Source: an uncultured Cryomorphaceae bacterium (GTDB taxonomy: Bacteria; Bacteroidota; Bacteroidia; Flavobacteriales_D; SKUL01). Taken from it: a stretch of DNA of 64,000 nt. A program made the translations under genes and the position numbers. The notes beneath the pieces were generated by a model. It was not told the origin of the DNA. It ran no database searches and saw only the letters and a program-made list of their open reading frames with translations. The DNA is taken from positions 284 to 64,283 of the forward strand of contig CAZARI010000010.1 in the NCBI GenBank assembly GCA_964487545.1, in the 5' to 3' direction. Positions 17,498-26,411 of the stretch are shown here, one piece after another (position 1 is the first letter of the stretch; each line of letters begins with the position of its first letter).

Positions 17498-18685
17498 ATG
17501 GAAGCAGGAGGAATAATGGACAACACAAAGGGGCTGATAATCGATCGGGTGTTTGGCCAAGCGGGCCAGGGCGGCCCAACTATCGTATTTATCGCCGGAC
17601 TTCACGGTAATGAACTTTCCGGTATTGAAGGTGTTCGGCAAGAATTTGCAGAACTCCAAAACCTGATTACTTCGGGCAGAATAAAACCCAAAGGAAGAGT
17701 CTATGCCATCGCGGGAAACATCCCCGCAATGCAGTATCAACAGCGTTTTATTGAGCAGGATCTCAACCGCATTTGGTCGCTTCAGAACATCAATCGCATT
17801 CAAAACGGCGGACCATTGCAATCTTCAGAAGAAAAGGAAATGCTCAGTTTGACCGATTGCTTTCAGCAAATTCTCAATGAATCTGATGGGCCGTTTTATT
17901 TTGTCGATATTCATTCGACCAGTTCGCGGACGATTCCGCACCTGATAATAAACGACCGACTTGAAAGTAGAAAGCTGTCGTTCAAATATCCGCTTCCGGT
18001 GATTTTGGGCATGGATTCTTTTGTGAGCGGTACCTTACTTTCGTTTATCAATGAAATGGGGCATTGCGCCATCGGTTTTGAAGGAGGTAGACACGGTCAA
18101 CCCGGAACCGTTGGAAACATCCGTGCTTTTTTCTGGCTCACGCTGGTCTTTACCGGAGTTGTAAAGAAAAGGCACGTTCCTAAATACGACGAAGTCATGA
18201 ATCGATTGCTGGTTGCTTCTCAAAGACATCGTCAGGTTTACGAAATTCACCAGCATTATCAGATCGATCAAGACGAAGATTTTGCCATGGTGCCTGGCTA
18301 CACCAATTTTCAGCCGGTAATCAAGGGACAGTATCTGGCCGACAGTGGCAGGAGCACTATTTTGTCGCCGACTCGTGGGTTTGTTTTTCTGCCACGATAC
18401 GAAGATTCGGGAAGTACTGGCTATTTTCTGCTGAAGAAATTAACCAGTCGGTGGCTGAACTTATCGTTGTTTTTGAGATCCGTGGGTTTCGAAAAACTGT
18501 TGGCATCGTTACCGGGGATTCACAAAGAGTCGGGTGGAGAAGAAGCCTATCGCGTAAATACCAAAGTAGCTCGTTTTTTTGCCGCTGAATTGTTTCGTTT
18601 GCTCGGCTATCGCCGTATTCTTCACCGCCAAGGACAAATATTACTGGCAAAAAGAATTGAAGATATTGAGCGGGTTGCGAAGTAG
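17498..18685 (+). CDS. Succinylglutamate desuccinylase/aspartoacylase (AstE/AspA, M14-like) family protein
   Basis: About 395 aa. FIAGLHGNELSG zinc-ligand context and DIHSTSS are typical of this family. The start is ambiguous (TTG 17495, ATG 17498, ATG 17516). Confidence 0.6.
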   Translation: MEAGGIMDNTKGLIIDRVFGQAGQGGPTIVFIAGLHGNELSGIEGVRQEFAELQNLITSGRIKPKGRVYAIAGNIPAMQYQQRFIEQDLNRIWSLQNINRIQNGGPLQSSEEKEMLSLTDCFQQILNESDGPFYFVDIHSTSSRTIPHLIINDRLESRKLSFKYPLPVILGMDSFVSGTLLSFINEMGHCAIGFEGGRHGQPGTVGNIRAFFWLTLVFTGVVKKRHVPKYDEVMNRLLVASQRHRQVYEIHQHYQIDQDEDFAMVPGYTNFQPVIKGQYLADSGRSTILSPTRGFVFLPRYEDSGSTGYFLLKKLTSRWLNLSLFLRSVGFEKLLASLPGIHKESGGEEAYRVNTKVARFFAAELFRLLGYRRILHRQGQILLAKRIEDIERVAK

Positions 18686-18725
18686 AATAATTAAATTCAC
18701 GGAAAACCCAATCAATAGATTTCTC

Positions 18726-19343
18726 ATGAATATTGCTCGAATCCTTTGGCTTAGCGCAGGATTTCTGTTTTATTTTCACTCACTTAGTGCCCAGCAAAAA
18801 CCATCACCCGATTTTCTTAAAGCGTCTGCACCCATATACCAACCGCTGCAGGTTAAGCTTGGTTTTAATCTCGGATGGACATTTCCCTACAGCGGCGGTG
18901 CAGAGTTCAGTTTGTTGTTCAAAGAACTGATTGATGTAAACGCAGGTGTCGGAATTGGAATGAGTGGGTTGAAATATGGAGCCGGAACGCGTATTTATCC
19001 GTTTCGCAGCAGCAAAATTTCACCGATGGTTGGGGTGTATGTATATCGAGCAACGGGCACTAAATCGGTAAATATTTCGGTCAATATGAACCAAGCTGAG
19101 TATCGGATAACTCCCGACACGGCTATTTTGTTTAATGGTGGTATGCGCATGCGTTTTGGGCGGGGACATTACCTGACGGCTGCTGCGGGATATGTTTTTC
19201 CGTTTCACGGAGATCAGGCTGTTTATAAATCGGGGTCGAGGGATCCATCTCTGCAGAACTTTGCCAATACAATAGCTACAAGCGGATTGTCTATCAATTT
19301 TGGAATTCTGCTGAAGCTTTCGTCAGGAAACTATAAAATGTAG
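18726..19343 (+). CDS. Hypothetical exported protein, possibly a small outer-membrane beta-barrel
   Basis: The track ORF starts at 18579 and overlaps the previous gene. ATG 18726 gives the signal peptide MNIARILWLSAGFLFYFHSLSAQQ. The body has alternating Gly/aromatic-rich strands. No family recognised. Confidence 0.45.
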   Translation: MNIARILWLSAGFLFYFHSLSAQQKPSPDFLKASAPIYQPLQVKLGFNLGWTFPYSGGAEFSLLFKELIDVNAGVGIGMSGLKYGAGTRIYPFRSSKISPMVGVYVYRATGTKSVNISVNMNQAEYRITPDTAILFNGGMRMRFGRGHYLTAAAGYVFPFHGDQAVYKSGSRDPSLQNFANTIATSGLSINFGILLKLSSGNYKM

Positions 19344-19350
19344 TCGTTTT

Positions 19351-19797
19351 TTAATGCTTCATCGCACGGTCGATGGCGCGCTTTTGTTCTTTCTCTTTGA
19401 TGGATTCGCGTTTGTCGTGTACTTTTTTACCCTGCGCAATGGCAATATCCAATTTGGCATATCCCGACTCTGCAATAAAAAGCCGCAGCGGAATAATGGT
19501 CAACCCCTGGCTGACTATTTTTTTTGAAATTTTTTCCAGTTCACGTTTGGTCAGCAGTAGCTTGCGGTCGCGCGTTGGTTCGTGGTTATTGTAGCTGCCC
19601 GGATCGTAAACGTTAACGTGCATGCTGCGCACCCAAAGTTCATCATTAATAAACAGGCAATACGCTTCGGCTATGCTGGCTTTTCCCTCCCGGATCGATT
19701 TGATTTCCGTTCCTGAAAGCTGAATGCCTGCCGTGAATTTATCGAGAAGACTGTATTCATAACTCGCGCGTTTATTCCGGATGTTGATCTGTTTCAT
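19351..19797 (-). CDS. smpB: SsrA-binding protein SmpB
   Basis: NKRASYEYSLLDKFTAGIQLSGTEIKSIR and a C-terminal basic tail. I use ATG 19797 (MKQINIRNK..). The track start at 19836 would overlap the upstream ZIP gene. Confidence 0.9.
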   Translation of the reverse strand: MKQINIRNKRASYEYSLLDKFTAGIQLSGTEIKSIREGKASIAEAYCLFINDELWVRSMHVNVYDPGSYNNHEPTRDRKLLLTKRELEKISKKIVSQGLTIIPLRLFIAESGYAKLDIAIAQGKKVHDKRESIKEKEQKRAIDRAMKH

Positions 19798-19816
19798 AAC
19801 TGCAAAATTACCATTC

Positions 19817-20650
19817 TCAACCCAGTGCCACATCAAGAATCATCATCACCACAAATCCGCCAATAAATCCGAGCGTGGCGTAATCCGTGTATTTATCCAA
19901 CTGCGTTTCAGGAACCACTTCCTCAATCACCACATAGATCATTGCTCCGGCCGCAAATGCCAATGCATAAGGCAATAGAGGCGTGAGATAAACCACGAGC
20001 AATGCGCCGGCAACTCCCGCCACAGGTTCCACAATTGCCGAAAGCTGTCCATACATAAAGCTCTTCGTTCTGCTTAACCCCAGCCGACGCAACGGCATGG
20101 CAACAGCCACTCCTTCTGGCAAATTTTGCAAACCGATTCCCATGGCCAGTGTAACAGCACCAGCAAGCGACGCACCCGGTAGATCGGCAGCCACGGCTCC
20201 GAAAAGAACACCTACGGCCAACCCTTCGGGAATGTTGTGCAAGGTGATGGCCAATACCAGCAAGGTACTTTTATGCCAGTCGGTTTTAATTCCTTCTTTT
20301 TCTCCTTCGGCAAAATTGATGTGCAGGTGGGGAAGGAGTTTGTCTAATACAAACAGAAACAGTGCGCCACAACTAAAACCGACTGCCGCAGGAAACCAAT
20401 TGGGCACCGATAAGCCTTCGGACATTTCGATAGACGGAGCGAGTAACGACCAGAAACTGGCGGCAATCATAACTCCGCCGGTAAAGCCCAACATGGTGTC
20501 GAGCCATTTCCGTTCTGCTTTTTTGAAAATAAACACCGTTGCCGCCCCTAATGCAGTTAGCAGCCAAGTGCCTGTGGTGGCAATCAATGCGCCCCAGACC
20601 GGGCCAACACTTTCGAAGAAGTTCAACAATGCATTCATGATTGCTGACAT
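19817..20650 (-). CDS. ZIP-family divalent metal transporter
   Basis: 277 aa, polytopic. The signature LHNIPEGLAVG and a second QNLPEGVAV helix are typical of ZupT/GufA-like ZIP proteins. Its start overlaps the stop region of the upstream regulator by 16 nt. Confidence 0.85.
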   Translation of the reverse strand: MSAIMNALLNFFESVGPVWGALIATTGTWLLTALGAATVFIFKKAERKWLDTMLGFTGGVMIAASFWSLLAPSIEMSEGLSVPNWFPAAVGFSCGALFLFVLDKLLPHLHINFAEGEKEGIKTDWHKSTLLVLAITLHNIPEGLAVGVLFGAVAADLPGASLAGAVTLAMGIGLQNLPEGVAVAMPLRRLGLSRTKSFMYGQLSAIVEPVAGVAGALLVVYLTPLLPYALAFAAGAMIYVVIEEVVPETQLDKYTDYATLGFIGGFVVMMILDVALG

Positions 20651-21297
20651 TGCACTTTAATGTTCTTACTCACTTCAGCAGAGATAATCAGCTCTTTTTC
20701 GTTGGCTTTTATTTTTACCGACTGATCATATTCAAAAATTTCCTCCACCTGAATCACCGTGCCCAAAACGAGCTGTTGCTTGTCGAGGTATTGTAAAAAA
20801 CTGGATGATGAATCGCGAACTCCGGTAATCGGGCCGCGATCGCCCGGCTCAAGTTGATTAATCGGCTTACTGCTTCTTGATTGAATTTTTCCATCAGGGT
20901 CGGGGATGGGGTCTCCGTGCGGGTCGTATTTGGGATGTCCGAGAAACCGATCCAAACGCTCAATCAGCTCTTTGGACTTAATATGCTCAAGTTGCTCTGC
21001 TATTTCGTGCACTTCGTCCCAGCCAAACCCGAGCTTCTCTTTCAAAAACACTTCCCACAAACGATGCTTCCGCACTACCTGAACCGCAGCAGATTTCCCT
21101 GCTGGCGTTAGCTTAACTCCCTGATACTTTTTGTAATTCAGGTAATCTTTCTCGGCCAATTTCTGAACCATGTCTGTTACAGAACTCGCCTTGGTTCTCA
21201 ACCTGGTAGCAATTTCACTGGTAGAAACAGACTGACCATCTCTGGGAGCAAGTGCATAAACAGTTTTGAGATAATTTTCTTCGCTGTGGGTTAACAT
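20635..21297 (-). CDS. DtxR/MntR-family metal-dependent transcriptional repressor with C-terminal FeoA/SH3-like domain
   Basis: SEENYLKTVYAL.., wHTH TSEIATRLRTKASSVTDMVQKL, dimerisation/metal-binding region HRLWEVFL..HEIAEQLEH. ATG 21297 is preferred over the track TTG at 21318. Confidence 0.85.
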   Translation of the reverse strand: MLTHSEENYLKTVYALAPRDGQSVSTSEIATRLRTKASSVTDMVQKLAEKDYLNYKKYQGVKLTPAGKSAAVQVVRKHRLWEVFLKEKLGFGWDEVHEIAEQLEHIKSKELIERLDRFLGHPKYDPHGDPIPDPDGKIQSRSSKPINQLEPGDRGPITGVRDSSSSFLQYLDKQQLVLGTVIQVEEIFEYDQSVKIKANEKELIISAEVSKNIKVQCQQS

Positions 21298-21315
21298 GGC
21301 ATGGGTTTCGAAAAA

Positions 21316-21323
21316 CAAAGATA
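21316..21323 (-). promoter_or_regulatory. Candidate -7 box (TATCTTTG) for the DtxR-family regulator / ZIP operon
   Basis: Plus-strand CAAAGATA lies 19 nt upstream of ATG 21297 and overlaps the alternative TTG start, which argues against that start. Confidence 0.4.
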
Positions 21324-21377
21324 AGAATTCGGTAGCTGAAAAAAATGGTTTAGATAAAGCTAAATATATAGAATGTC

Positions 21378-21407
21378 AAAAAAAACACCCCGAAACTTTT
21401 CGGGGTG
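21378..21407 (-). terminator. Rho-independent terminator of sodA
   Basis: Minus strand reads CACCCCGAAAAGTTTCGGGGTG followed by TTTTTTTT. It sits 24 nt downstream of the sodA stop. Confidence 0.8.
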
Positions 21408-21430
21408 CAATCAGAAATGAATCAGTTTGA

Positions 21431-22033
21431 TTATCCCTTGTAAAGTTCGTTCACTTTATCCCAATTCACCACTTGCCAGAAAGCTTCGATATACTCTGGA
21501 CGGCGGTTTTGATAGTTCAGGTAATAGGCGTGCTCCCATACATCAAGCCCTAGAATCGGCGTACCTTCGCAACCTGTGCCAGGCATAAGTGGGTTGTCCT
21601 GATTGGGGGTAGAACAAACCTGAAGTTTGCCATTGTCGTCTTTGCAAAGCCAAGCCCAGCCAGAACCAAAGCGGGTAGCCGCAGCATTAGAGAATTGGGT
21701 TTTAAATTCATTAAATGATCCAAAGTCACGGTTGATGGCTTCGGCCACATCACCGGTTGGATCGCCCCCTCCATTTGGTGACATCACTTCCCAAAAAAGA
21801 TTGTGGTTGTAGTATCCACCGCCATTATTTCGAACAGCCGTGCTGTATTTATCAATATTTTTTAGGATGTCTTCAATAGATTTTTCTGCAGCATCAGTGC
21901 CTTGAATGGCGTTGTTCAGGTTGTTGGTATATCCCTGGTGGTGTTTGCTGTAGTGCACCTCCATAGTGCGGGCGTCAATATTCGGTTCCAGTGCGTCGTA
22001 TGCATAGGGTAATTTTGGTAACTCAAAAGCCAT
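21431..22033 (-). CDS. sodA: Fe/Mn-family superoxide dismutase (Mn-type sequence features)
   Basis: [55 protein letters not shown] plus TPNQDNPL suggests Mn-type or cambialistic. Metal specificity cannot be proven from sequence. Confidence 0.93.
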   Translation of the reverse strand: MAFELPKLPYAYDALEPNIDARTMEVHYSKHHQGYTNNLNNAIQGTDAAEKSIEDILKNIDKYSTAVRNNGGGYYNHNLFWEVMSPNGGGDPTGDVAEAINRDFGSFNEFKTQFSNAAATRFGSGWAWLCKDDNGKLQVCSTPNQDNPLMPGTGCEGTPILGLDVWEHAYYLNYQNRRPEYIEAFWQVVNWDKVNELYKG

Positions 22034-22075
22034 GGTTTTAATTTTTTATATGGTTTGTATTTTATTTTTGCATTT

Positions 22076-22083
22076 CAAAGTTA
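22076..22083 (-). promoter_or_regulatory. Candidate -7 box (TAACTTTG) for sodA
   Basis: Plus-strand CAAAGTTA, 42 nt upstream of ATG 22033. Confidence 0.35.
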
Positions 22084-22199
22084 ACACCTTTCGACGGCCT
22101 GCACAAAGATTACTGATTACTTCTTTTTATCAGCTCATACCAGCCATCAATTCAAAAAACAGCAAATACCAAACGAATGTTCAACTGTTTGAATAAAGT

Positions 22200-22207
22200 T
22201 ATTTTTG
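22200..22207 (+). promoter_or_regulatory. Candidate -7 box (TATTTTTG) for pyrD
   Basis: Exact TAnnTTTG, 17 nt upstream of ATG 22225. The context is AT-rich, so confidence is moderate to low. Confidence 0.35.
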
Positions 22208-22224
22208 CAACAATTATTGAATGA

Positions 22225-23262
22225 ATGTACCGAAGCATTTTAAAACCCATTTTATTTAAACAGGATGCTGAAAAAGCGCATCAATTGGTTTTTAGCCTGA
22301 CCAAATTTTTGTTTCGAATTCCAGGAATTCGAGCAATATGGTATTTAAAAAGTACACGCAACCAAAAGTTAGAACGATCGCTTTTGGGTTTGCACTTTCA
22401 AAATCCAGTTGGGTTGGCTGCAGGAATGGACAAAAATGCAGTGTTAATTAACGAATGGTTTTACATGGGATTTGGCTTTGTGGAGATAGGCACGGTGACA
22501 CCAAAACCTCAGCAGGGCAATCCCAAACCGCGTTTGTTTCGTTTGCCAGCAGATGAGGGGTTGGTCAATCGGATGGGTTTTAACAACGATGGAGCAGATG
22601 TCATTGCCAAACGTTTGCGCCGACGCTACACCAACCTGATCGTAGGCGGAAATATCGGCAAGAACAAAAACACCCCAAACGAACAAGCCGTCGATGACTA
22701 CCGGACGTGTTTTGAGGCACTTTACGCATACGTTGATTACTTTGTGGTGAATGTCAGTTCTCCAAATACACCCGGTCTGCGTGAATTGCAGGAGCGCGAA
22801 CCACTAACCCATTTGCTTCGGAACCTTGTTGAACTCAATCAAAGCAAACCTGAGCGTAGGCCGATTTTATTAAAAATTGCCCCCGATCTTACCGACCAAC
22901 AGCTTGATGATATTGTAGAAATTGTAAAGGAAACCGAAATTGATGGTATTATTGCCACCAACACCACCGTTTCGCGCCAAGGATTATCGACCAATCAACA
23001 ATTGTTGGACGATATTGGAGCCGGCGGACTGAGTGGAAAACCGCTCGCCGAAAGGTCAACAGAAGTGATTCGTTATTTGCGGAAAAAAGCCGGTCCGGAT
23101 TTGCCCATTATCGGTGTCGGAGGAATTCACACCGCCGACGATGCCATTGCTAAATTAAAAGCCGGAGCCAACCTGATTCAGGTTTTTTCGGGATTTGTAT
23201 ATGAAGGACCAGCACTTATTCAAGAAATCAACAAGCGCATTCTTAAAGATGGGGTGCAGTAG
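22225..23262 (+). CDS. pyrD: Dihydroorotate dehydrogenase (quinone), class 2
   Basis: 345 aa. [57 protein letters not shown]. Collinear with PyrD. Confidence 0.9.
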   Translation: MYRSILKPILFKQDAEKAHQLVFSLTKFLFRIPGIRAIWYLKSTRNQKLERSLLGLHFQNPVGLAAGMDKNAVLINEWFYMGFGFVEIGTVTPKPQQGNPKPRLFRLPADEGLVNRMGFNNDGADVIAKRLRRRYTNLIVGGNIGKNKNTPNEQAVDDYRTCFEALYAYVDYFVVNVSSPNTPGLRELQEREPLTHLLRNLVELNQSKPERRPILLKIAPDLTDQQLDDIVEIVKETEIDGIIATNTTVSRQGLSTNQQLLDDIGAGGLSGKPLAERSTEVIRYLRKKAGPDLPIIGVGGIHTADDAIAKLKAGANLIQVFSGFVYEGPALIQEINKRILKDGVQ

Positions 23263-23377
23263 CATTACCTTGTTTTTCTGGCTTTCATATTCCTTGGCAA
23301 TGGGCGGTTGACTTTGGTTTAACGGATTTACGATAGCAAGTCGTTTGTCTATCTTTGCGAACGAAAACCGAGAATAC

Positions 23378-24256
23378 ATGTCAGACCAGAACGCTACCCA
23401 ACCCATTAAGCTCATTGAATGTCCGCGCGATGCGATGCAGGGGATTTCCCATTATATTCCTACAGATACCAAAGCGAAATACATCAACACTTTGCTTCAG
23501 GTTGGATTCGATACCATCGACTTCGGTAGTTTTGTATCGCCCAAAGCCATTCCGCAAATGCGTGACACCGCCGAGGTGTTGAAAAGGCTAAACCTCGAAT
23601 CCGGTCAATCAAAATTACTGGCCATCGTTGCCAATTTACGCGGTGCAACCGATGCGGTGCAGTTCGATGAAATTTCCTACCTCGGATTTCCATTTTCAGT
23701 TTCCGAAACCTTTCAACAGCGCAACACCAACTCCGGAATAGAGGAGTCGCTGAGTCGGGTAGAGGTGATTCAGAAACGCTGCCAGAAACACAACAAAACG
23801 CTGGTGGTGTACTTATCGATGGCTTTTGGAAATCCATACGGCGATGAATGGAATAGCGACATTGTTAGTCACTGGGGATCAAGACTTGCAAATGAATTGG
23901 AAGTTAAGATTTTGGCGCCTTCTGACACCATCGGAACATCAAACCCAGAGAATATATCCGACGTTTTCACTACGATTATCAGCGAATTGCCCGAGGTGGA
24001 AATCGGTGCGCACCTGCACACCACACCAGATAGTTGGCGCGAAAAAATCGATGCCGTGCTTGAAAGTGGATGTCGCAGAATCGACGGGGCACTGAAGGGT
24101 TACGGTGGATGTCCTATGGCCAAGGATGAACTCACCGGAAATATGCCGACCGAAAACGTGGTGGCTTTGCTAGCAGAAAAAGGCATCAACACCAAATTAA
24201 ACGCTACCGTTCTGCAGCAGGCATTGCAAATGTCAGTTCAGGTAATGGAAAGCTAA
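23378..24256 (+). CDS. Hydroxymethylglutaryl-CoA lyase-like (HMGL family) protein
   Basis: ECPRDAMQG (equivalent of the xPRDGLQ motif), TIM-barrel-type pattern, HLHTT metal-ligand context. ATG 23378 is preferred over the track start at 23345. Confidence 0.8.
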   Translation: MSDQNATQPIKLIECPRDAMQGISHYIPTDTKAKYINTLLQVGFDTIDFGSFVSPKAIPQMRDTAEVLKRLNLESGQSKLLAIVANLRGATDAVQFDEISYLGFPFSVSETFQQRNTNSGIEESLSRVEVIQKRCQKHNKTLVVYLSMAFGNPYGDEWNSDIVSHWGSRLANELEVKILAPSDTIGTSNPENISDVFTTIISELPEVEIGAHLHTTPDSWREKIDAVLESGCRRIDGALKGYGGCPMAKDELTGNMPTENVVALLAEKGINTKLNATVLQQALQMSVQVMES

Positions 24257-24262
24257 TCGGCA

Positions 24263-25516
24263 CTAGGCGCGAAAAAGTTCAAGCAGTGTGATTTCGGGAG
24301 ATATGCCAACGCGTCCCGGAAAACCGATATATCCCAGTCCGCGGTTGACGTACAAATATTGTTTCTCCTCCTTATACAATCCACCCCAACGCGGATAGCG
24401 GTATTGTGCAGGACTCCATTTTATCCCTGGAACTTCAATTCCAAACTGCATACCGTGCGTGTGACCGCTAAAGGTAAGGTCGATGTTAGTGAGTTTCCGA
24501 ACCTGTGCATCCCAGTGGCTCGGATCGTGCGACATCAACATTTTAAAGGGTGCAGTAGATCCGTTCATGGCTTTTTCGAGATCGCCGTATTTTGAAAACT
24601 CTCCTTTGCCCCAGTTTTCGACACCAATCAAATCGATGAACTCATTGTCGATACTGATTTTCTTGTGCTGGTTAAGCAACACATTAAAACCGCATTTCTC
24701 CAGTGTATTGATGAGTTGCTGGAGATTGGTTTTTTTGGCGCTATCACTCGTCCATGGGATATAATCGCCGTAATCGTGATTTCCCAATACCACGTATTTT
24801 CCGTGACGCGCTTTGAGTCCTGTGAAATACGGTTCCCAGCCGTCAAACTCATCAGCGTAATTATTAACGCAATCTCCGGTGAGCAGTATTAAATCGGGTT
24901 CGAGTCTGTTGATCATTTCAAAAGCCTCTTTCACCCTTTCATGGTTTCCGTAAAAGCTACCGAGGTGCGTGTCAGAAATCTGCACGATTTTCAAGCCCGA
25001 AAAAGCAGCAGGTAAATTGGGGAAATTGAGTTTTTTACTCACCACGCGAAAGTCGAAACGACCTTGAATCATGCCATATATCATTCCCAAAAAAGGAATG
25101 GCAGCTACCCCCAGTCCGAGTTGGGTCAGAAATCTGGACCGGCTTATTTTTCTTCCAGAGGTGGGTTCAAAAGAAGAATTAGGGCTACCAAACAAGACGG
25201 TCAGTCCCGAAATGAGGTCCTCCACAAAATGAAAAACGATGAAAACGAGTTTCGGTACCAGCATCAATAAAACCAATCCTGCAATCGTGAAAAAGGTCTG
25301 GTAATCCCGGCTTTCGTGAATACTCAGAATATGCCGTGTCAACCACATTACTGCTGCAATGGTAGCTGCTGAACTCAGCCAATAGAAAACATGAATGCTT
25401 TTTCGCAGCAGATCATTGCCCATGCCACGGGTAATCAGCAAAAGACCTTTAAAAGTGTACAGATCAACTGCAAGGATAAATAAAATGATGATTAACCCAG
25501 GGGCGACACTTTTCAT
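24263..25516 (-). CDS. Membrane-anchored metallophosphoesterase (YkuE-like)
   Basis: 417 aa. The N-terminal ~150 aa are multi-TM. Calcineurin-like motifs ISDTHLG, TGDCVNN, GNHDY, SGHTHG. Confidence 0.8.
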   Translation of the reverse strand: MKSVAPGLIIILFILAVDLYTFKGLLLITRGMGNDLLRKSIHVFYWLSSAATIAAVMWLTRHILSIHESRDYQTFFTIAGLVLLMLVPKLVFIVFHFVEDLISGLTVLFGSPNSSFEPTSGRKISRSRFLTQLGLGVAAIPFLGMIYGMIQGRFDFRVVSKKLNFPNLPAAFSGLKIVQISDTHLGSFYGNHERVKEAFEMINRLEPDLILLTGDCVNNYADEFDGWEPYFTGLKARHGKYVVLGNHDYGDYIPWTSDSAKKTNLQQLINTLEKCGFNVLLNQHKKISIDNEFIDLIGVENWGKGEFSKYGDLEKAMNGSTAPFKMLMSHDPSHWDAQVRKLTNIDLTFSGHTHGMQFGIEVPGIKWSPAQYRYPRWGGLYKEEKQYLYVNRGLGYIGFPGRVGISPEITLLELFRA

Positions 25517-25542
25517 GATATGAAGTCAGGATCATTAAACCG

Positions 25543-25550
25543 CAAAATTA
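25543..25550 (-). promoter_or_regulatory. Candidate -7 box (TAATTTTG) for the metallophosphoesterase gene
   Basis: Plus-strand CAAAATTA, 27 nt upstream of ATG 25516. Confidence 0.35.
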
Positions 25551-25707
25551 GGGTTTATCCGTATCATACCTTGTCATCCTACTTCCGTAGATAGGGCATT
25601 TTGCAATAATTATGAAACAAAGCAGAATTTTATCAAACCGAGAAATTCATGATGTATCGAACCCTACTTTTGTGTTGTGTGCAAAAGTGAATGACTACCT
25701 TTGCAAA

Positions 25708-25980
25708 ATGGCTGAGGACATTACAAGAATTAAGCGTTTATTGGACGATCAGCATGACTGGCCAGCGGTTTTCATGTTTAAGTTCGTTGTTCCCAGCGAC
25801 AACCAGCGAATTGCTCAGGTTGAGGGATTGTTTAACACCAAAACAGCCGAAGTCAGACGCAAACCATCATCTAAAGGAAATTACACGGCTTTAACGATTA
25901 AAGAAGTAATGGTATCGGCCGATGCGGTTTTGTCTATTTATAAGGAAGCGGCGAAAATTGAGGGCTTAATAGCATTGTAA
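25708..25980 (+). CDS. DUF493 (YbeD-like) family protein
   Basis: DWPAVFMFKFVV..RRKPSSKGNYTALTI matches the YbeD hallmark KPSSKGNY. ATG 25708 gives the usual ~90 aa, whereas the track ORF starts at 25612. Confidence 0.7.
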   Translation: MAEDITRIKRLLDDQHDWPAVFMFKFVVPSDNQRIAQVEGLFNTKTAEVRRKPSSKGNYTALTIKEVMVSADAVLSIYKEAAKIEGLIAL

Positions 25981-26355
25981 ATGGGGGACTGGGCGTATTG
26001 GCAAAAGGTTGTGATCATCATGCTTTCGGTAATTGTTGTGATATTGGCCTACCGAAAGTTGTTGCGTGTGTTAGGAGGCAAATCGCTATTTGACGACAAG
26101 TTTGCCTATTTACATGCTTTGGAGCGGGAGGCAAATCTGCTGAACATCAAATTGGAATTGCCGGTAGCAGATTCGGTATCGCTTTATGTCTGTACCGCCC
26201 AGTCGGTAGAGAAAATTAGATTGGTTGATCAACAACAAATTCCGGCAGGAGTTCACCACTATCAGTTGGATACCTTCAATTGGGAAAAAGAGCAATACAC
26301 TATTATTTTGGTTTCTGGAAACCAAACCATAGAGCGGATTTTTAAGGTGGAATAG
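25981..26355 (+). CDS. Hypothetical single-pass membrane protein
   Basis: 124 aa. The ATG directly abuts the TAA of the DUF493 gene. N-terminal TM VVIIMLSVIVVILAY. No family recognised. Confidence 0.45.
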   Translation: MGDWAYWQKVVIIMLSVIVVILAYRKLLRVLGGKSLFDDKFAYLHALEREANLLNIKLELPVADSVSLYVCTAQSVEKIRLVDQQQIPAGVHHYQLDTFNWEKEQYTIILVSGNQTIERIFKVE

Positions 26356-26363
26356 GATGGAAT

Positions 26364-26395
26364 AAAAAAAGCTCCGATCAACGGAGCTCCTTTTT
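26364..26395. terminator. Bidirectional rho-independent terminator between convergent genes
   Basis: AAAAAAAGCTCCG-ATCAA-CGGAGCTCCTTTTT: a 7-bp GC-rich stem flanked by an A-run and a T-run. Serves the + hypothetical gene and the - clpC gene. Confidence 0.75.
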
Positions 26396-26411
26396 AAAGA
26401 CTAATATTTAA

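Noticed and set aside
19798-19836. N-terminal extension of smpB (MMWHWVENGNFAV) that would overlap the ZIP gene by 20 nt.
   Set aside because: SmpB homologues start close to the conserved NKKA/NKRA motif. ATG 19797 gives a normal-length protein and removes the overlap.
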